Of a DNA stretch of 64,000 nucleotides, positions 61,722-64,000 are shown piece after piece. Every line of letters begins with the position of its first letter. Within the stretch, counting starts at the first letter, position 1. The notes below the pieces were generated by a model. The model was not told the DNA's origin, searched no databases, and worked only from the letters and a program-made list of their open reading frames with translations. The stretch is from Lama guanicoe (lineage: Eukaryota). Where the stretch lies: the NCBI GenBank assembly GCA_013239625.1, contig MU053881.1, forward strand, positions 4,299,957 through 4,363,956. Reading direction: 5' to 3'. The position numbers were made by a program, and so were the translations under genes.

Positions 61722-63864
61722 TCTTCCCATCCATCTCCTTTACTTTCTCCCTCCTTCTTAGAATTCCTGAAAATCAGAAAGTCTAGATTCTTTCCCTCTG
61801 CTATGCAAAGTGGTTCAACATCTTCTCCCAAATGTGGGTGGCATGAGGTAGCCGCTGGTGTCAGGGTTGATGGGGCCCTGTAAGTCACATCCCTTCTGTT
61901 TTCTTCTTGGTTTCCCTCCTGCTGCGGACTTCCTCGTTTAGTCTGGTCCCTGGATTGGTGCCCGCTGACAATAATTGCTCTCAACTGGCTTGTGGGGCAG
62001 TGGGTGGCCACCATCACTGAAGTCCACGGTCCAGCTGTTTGCCCCTGGTTCTAAAGTCCATTCACACTCGCCCTTGGTGTCTCAGCGCCCCTTGCTGCAG
62101 CCCCTGGGAACTTGCTGAAACCTTGCACGCCTCATGGCTGTCTCGGGCTCATGTATCCAGCTGCTGACTTCTGCACAGTCTGCACTGTCATCTCTACACA
62201 GCTGCACGTGGCCTGGGGCAGCCTGCTAACGCCACTCAAGAAATCGAGACATAAGCACTCCTCCTGCCCTGCCCCATCCTCTGTTCTCAGGATCCTCCAC
62301 CCCACCTGGATGTGTCCACCATGGCCTCCTTTGGGGGTCCTCTCTGATCTGGGAAAACCAGACACATCCATCTGGCCCCTTCATCACACTGGCTTCTTCT
62401 CTGTGGAACAAGCACAAGGGAGCAGAAGGGGCTGGCCTCCCCTTCCTCCCCTCCCTCAGCTCGGGACTTTGTGGCAATTTAATCTCCTCTATCCTGGGCT
62501 GGTCCCACTCCTTCCATGAGGCCACGACAGACGGGCAACAGGCAGACCACAAGAACAATTCCTACAGCTTGCCAATCAATAATAGAAGACTGGCAAATAT
62601 TATGCTGCTTTCCATTGCTTTCCCAAAGCTTTCGAAGGGCTCCGCAGAGCAAAGGGCCCCTAGTTAAGAGTCACCATCTTCCTGTTGTCAGTCAGGGTGA
62701 GAAATGACCATTTTTTTTCATACCTTGTGATTATGACATCCAGGGGTGATGATTATCACGTTAGTTATTCGTTTAGTCAGCCACGGAAGAAAGGAAACAC
62801 ACAAACAATGCAATTAAGAAATGCGCTTGGTGTTGGCTTATAAGCCTCCTTCTCGTCTTGTGCCTCGTGAGGCATGGTGGAAACCCACTTCCACGCCCGG
62901 TCCCTGCAGTCACAATCTCCTGCCCCCTCCCTTCCTTCTCTCTCCCCAAGATACTTCATTTTAATCCAATTTCCTCCACCGAACAACACATCATAGGAAT
63001 GGAAATTAAAACAACATTGAAGTATCAGGTCTACCTTTTCTGACAAAACACATAAAATTATGACACTCTTCAGGGTGTGAACCGTCTGACAACAGCTTGG
63101 CAGTGAACCGTGAGAGCTCTGAAAAACTGTTCCTACCTTTTGACCTAGAATTTATCCTGCAGAAATGATTCCTGAAAGGAAAAAACTGTCACACGCATGT
63201 TCATTGTGGTGATATCGCTAATAGCTCCAAATTGGTAACCTCAAAACCAAATGACAGGGGAAAGGTGAGGGAAAACACAGTACTCTGAAGCCGTGTAATA
63301 GTACGCAGTCATTAAAAATGACGGGAAGATTACATAGCAACATCAGAAGTGCTTGTAATTTGATGCTCGGCATGAAAAGGCAGCATCCCAAACTGTCTCT
63401 CTGCACATTCTCCCAGACCCCCCACAGCCTGACCAGCCTGATCTTCTGTCCCTATCTTCCTGCCCAGCCCAGTTCAAGCCCCATCATTGCTAGAACACAA
63501 AATGGAAAATTCTGAGCACAGAGATGCTCATCCTCATGACCACCTCTGGCCCCAGATGAGGCATTTTTGGAGGACAGGCACTCTGTGTTCTCTCTCTCTC
63601 TCTCTGCTACCTGGCACTTAATAAATGCTTAATTAATGTTTATTGACTTAAAGAATCAACGACAATAACTTTGATTACTGCTTCCTGGGCATCTGTTACG
63701 TGGCAGGCATTGTGATCGGCATGTCTCTTGTATTACTTCACATTATTTTATTCTGAGAGAAGTTGATCCTCTTACCACCCGCTTTGGTACAGATGAGGAA
63801 CTGTTGCTCAGAGAAGTTGTACCACATACTCAAGGCCATGCATTTGGTAAGGAAAGGAGACACA

Positions 63865-64000
63865 ATTTGTTTTTATTTTTTATTGCAGTATAGTTGATTT
63901 ACAATGCTGTGTTAGTTGTATGACAAAGCGATTCCTTATACATAGACATATATATGTATTTTTTTTCAGATTCTTTTCCATTATAGGTCATTACAAGATA
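63865..64000 (-). mobile_element. L1 3' end running off the window edge
   Basis: tattgcagtatagttgatttacaatg...ttcagattcttttccattataggtcattacaagata. Confidence 0.8.

Noticed and set aside
5800..64000. Remaining 60-160 aa ORFs; CRISPR-like arrays; intact transposase, RT or ERV genes; processed pseudogenes
   Set aside because: No recognisable homology, regular repeat-spacer structure or long intact frame. A spliced lncRNA cannot be excluded from sequence alone.

Overview
Mammalian genomic DNA, most likely a camelid (tRNA-Ala(AGC)-derived SINEs resembling camelid vic-1, artiodactyl-type L1 3' ends). The only supportable protein-coding feature is the first coding exon of CPEB4 on the minus strand: ATG at 3658, GT donor after 2534, 375 codons encoding the disordered N-terminal domain. 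It has a ~1.4 kb 5' leader with nine upstream AUGs and a CpG-island promoter at ~4.5-5.7 kb. Bases 1-2533 are intron 1. The remaining ~58 kb is upstream intergenic DNA rich in MIR, L2, L1, MaLR/ERVL LTR and hAT/Tigger fossils, with several repeat-poor, motif-dense enhancer candidates. I see no new gene system. The best leads are regulatory: a complete 3' splice site (TACTAAC branch point, pyrimidine tract, TAG) inside the uORF-laden leader, a 56-aa Gln-rich uORF with codon-phased repeats, a possible intronic polyA site giving an IDR-only CPEB4, and GATA:TAL1 / DR1 motif clusters. Repeat family names come from recalled consensus sequences, and their boundaries are approximate.
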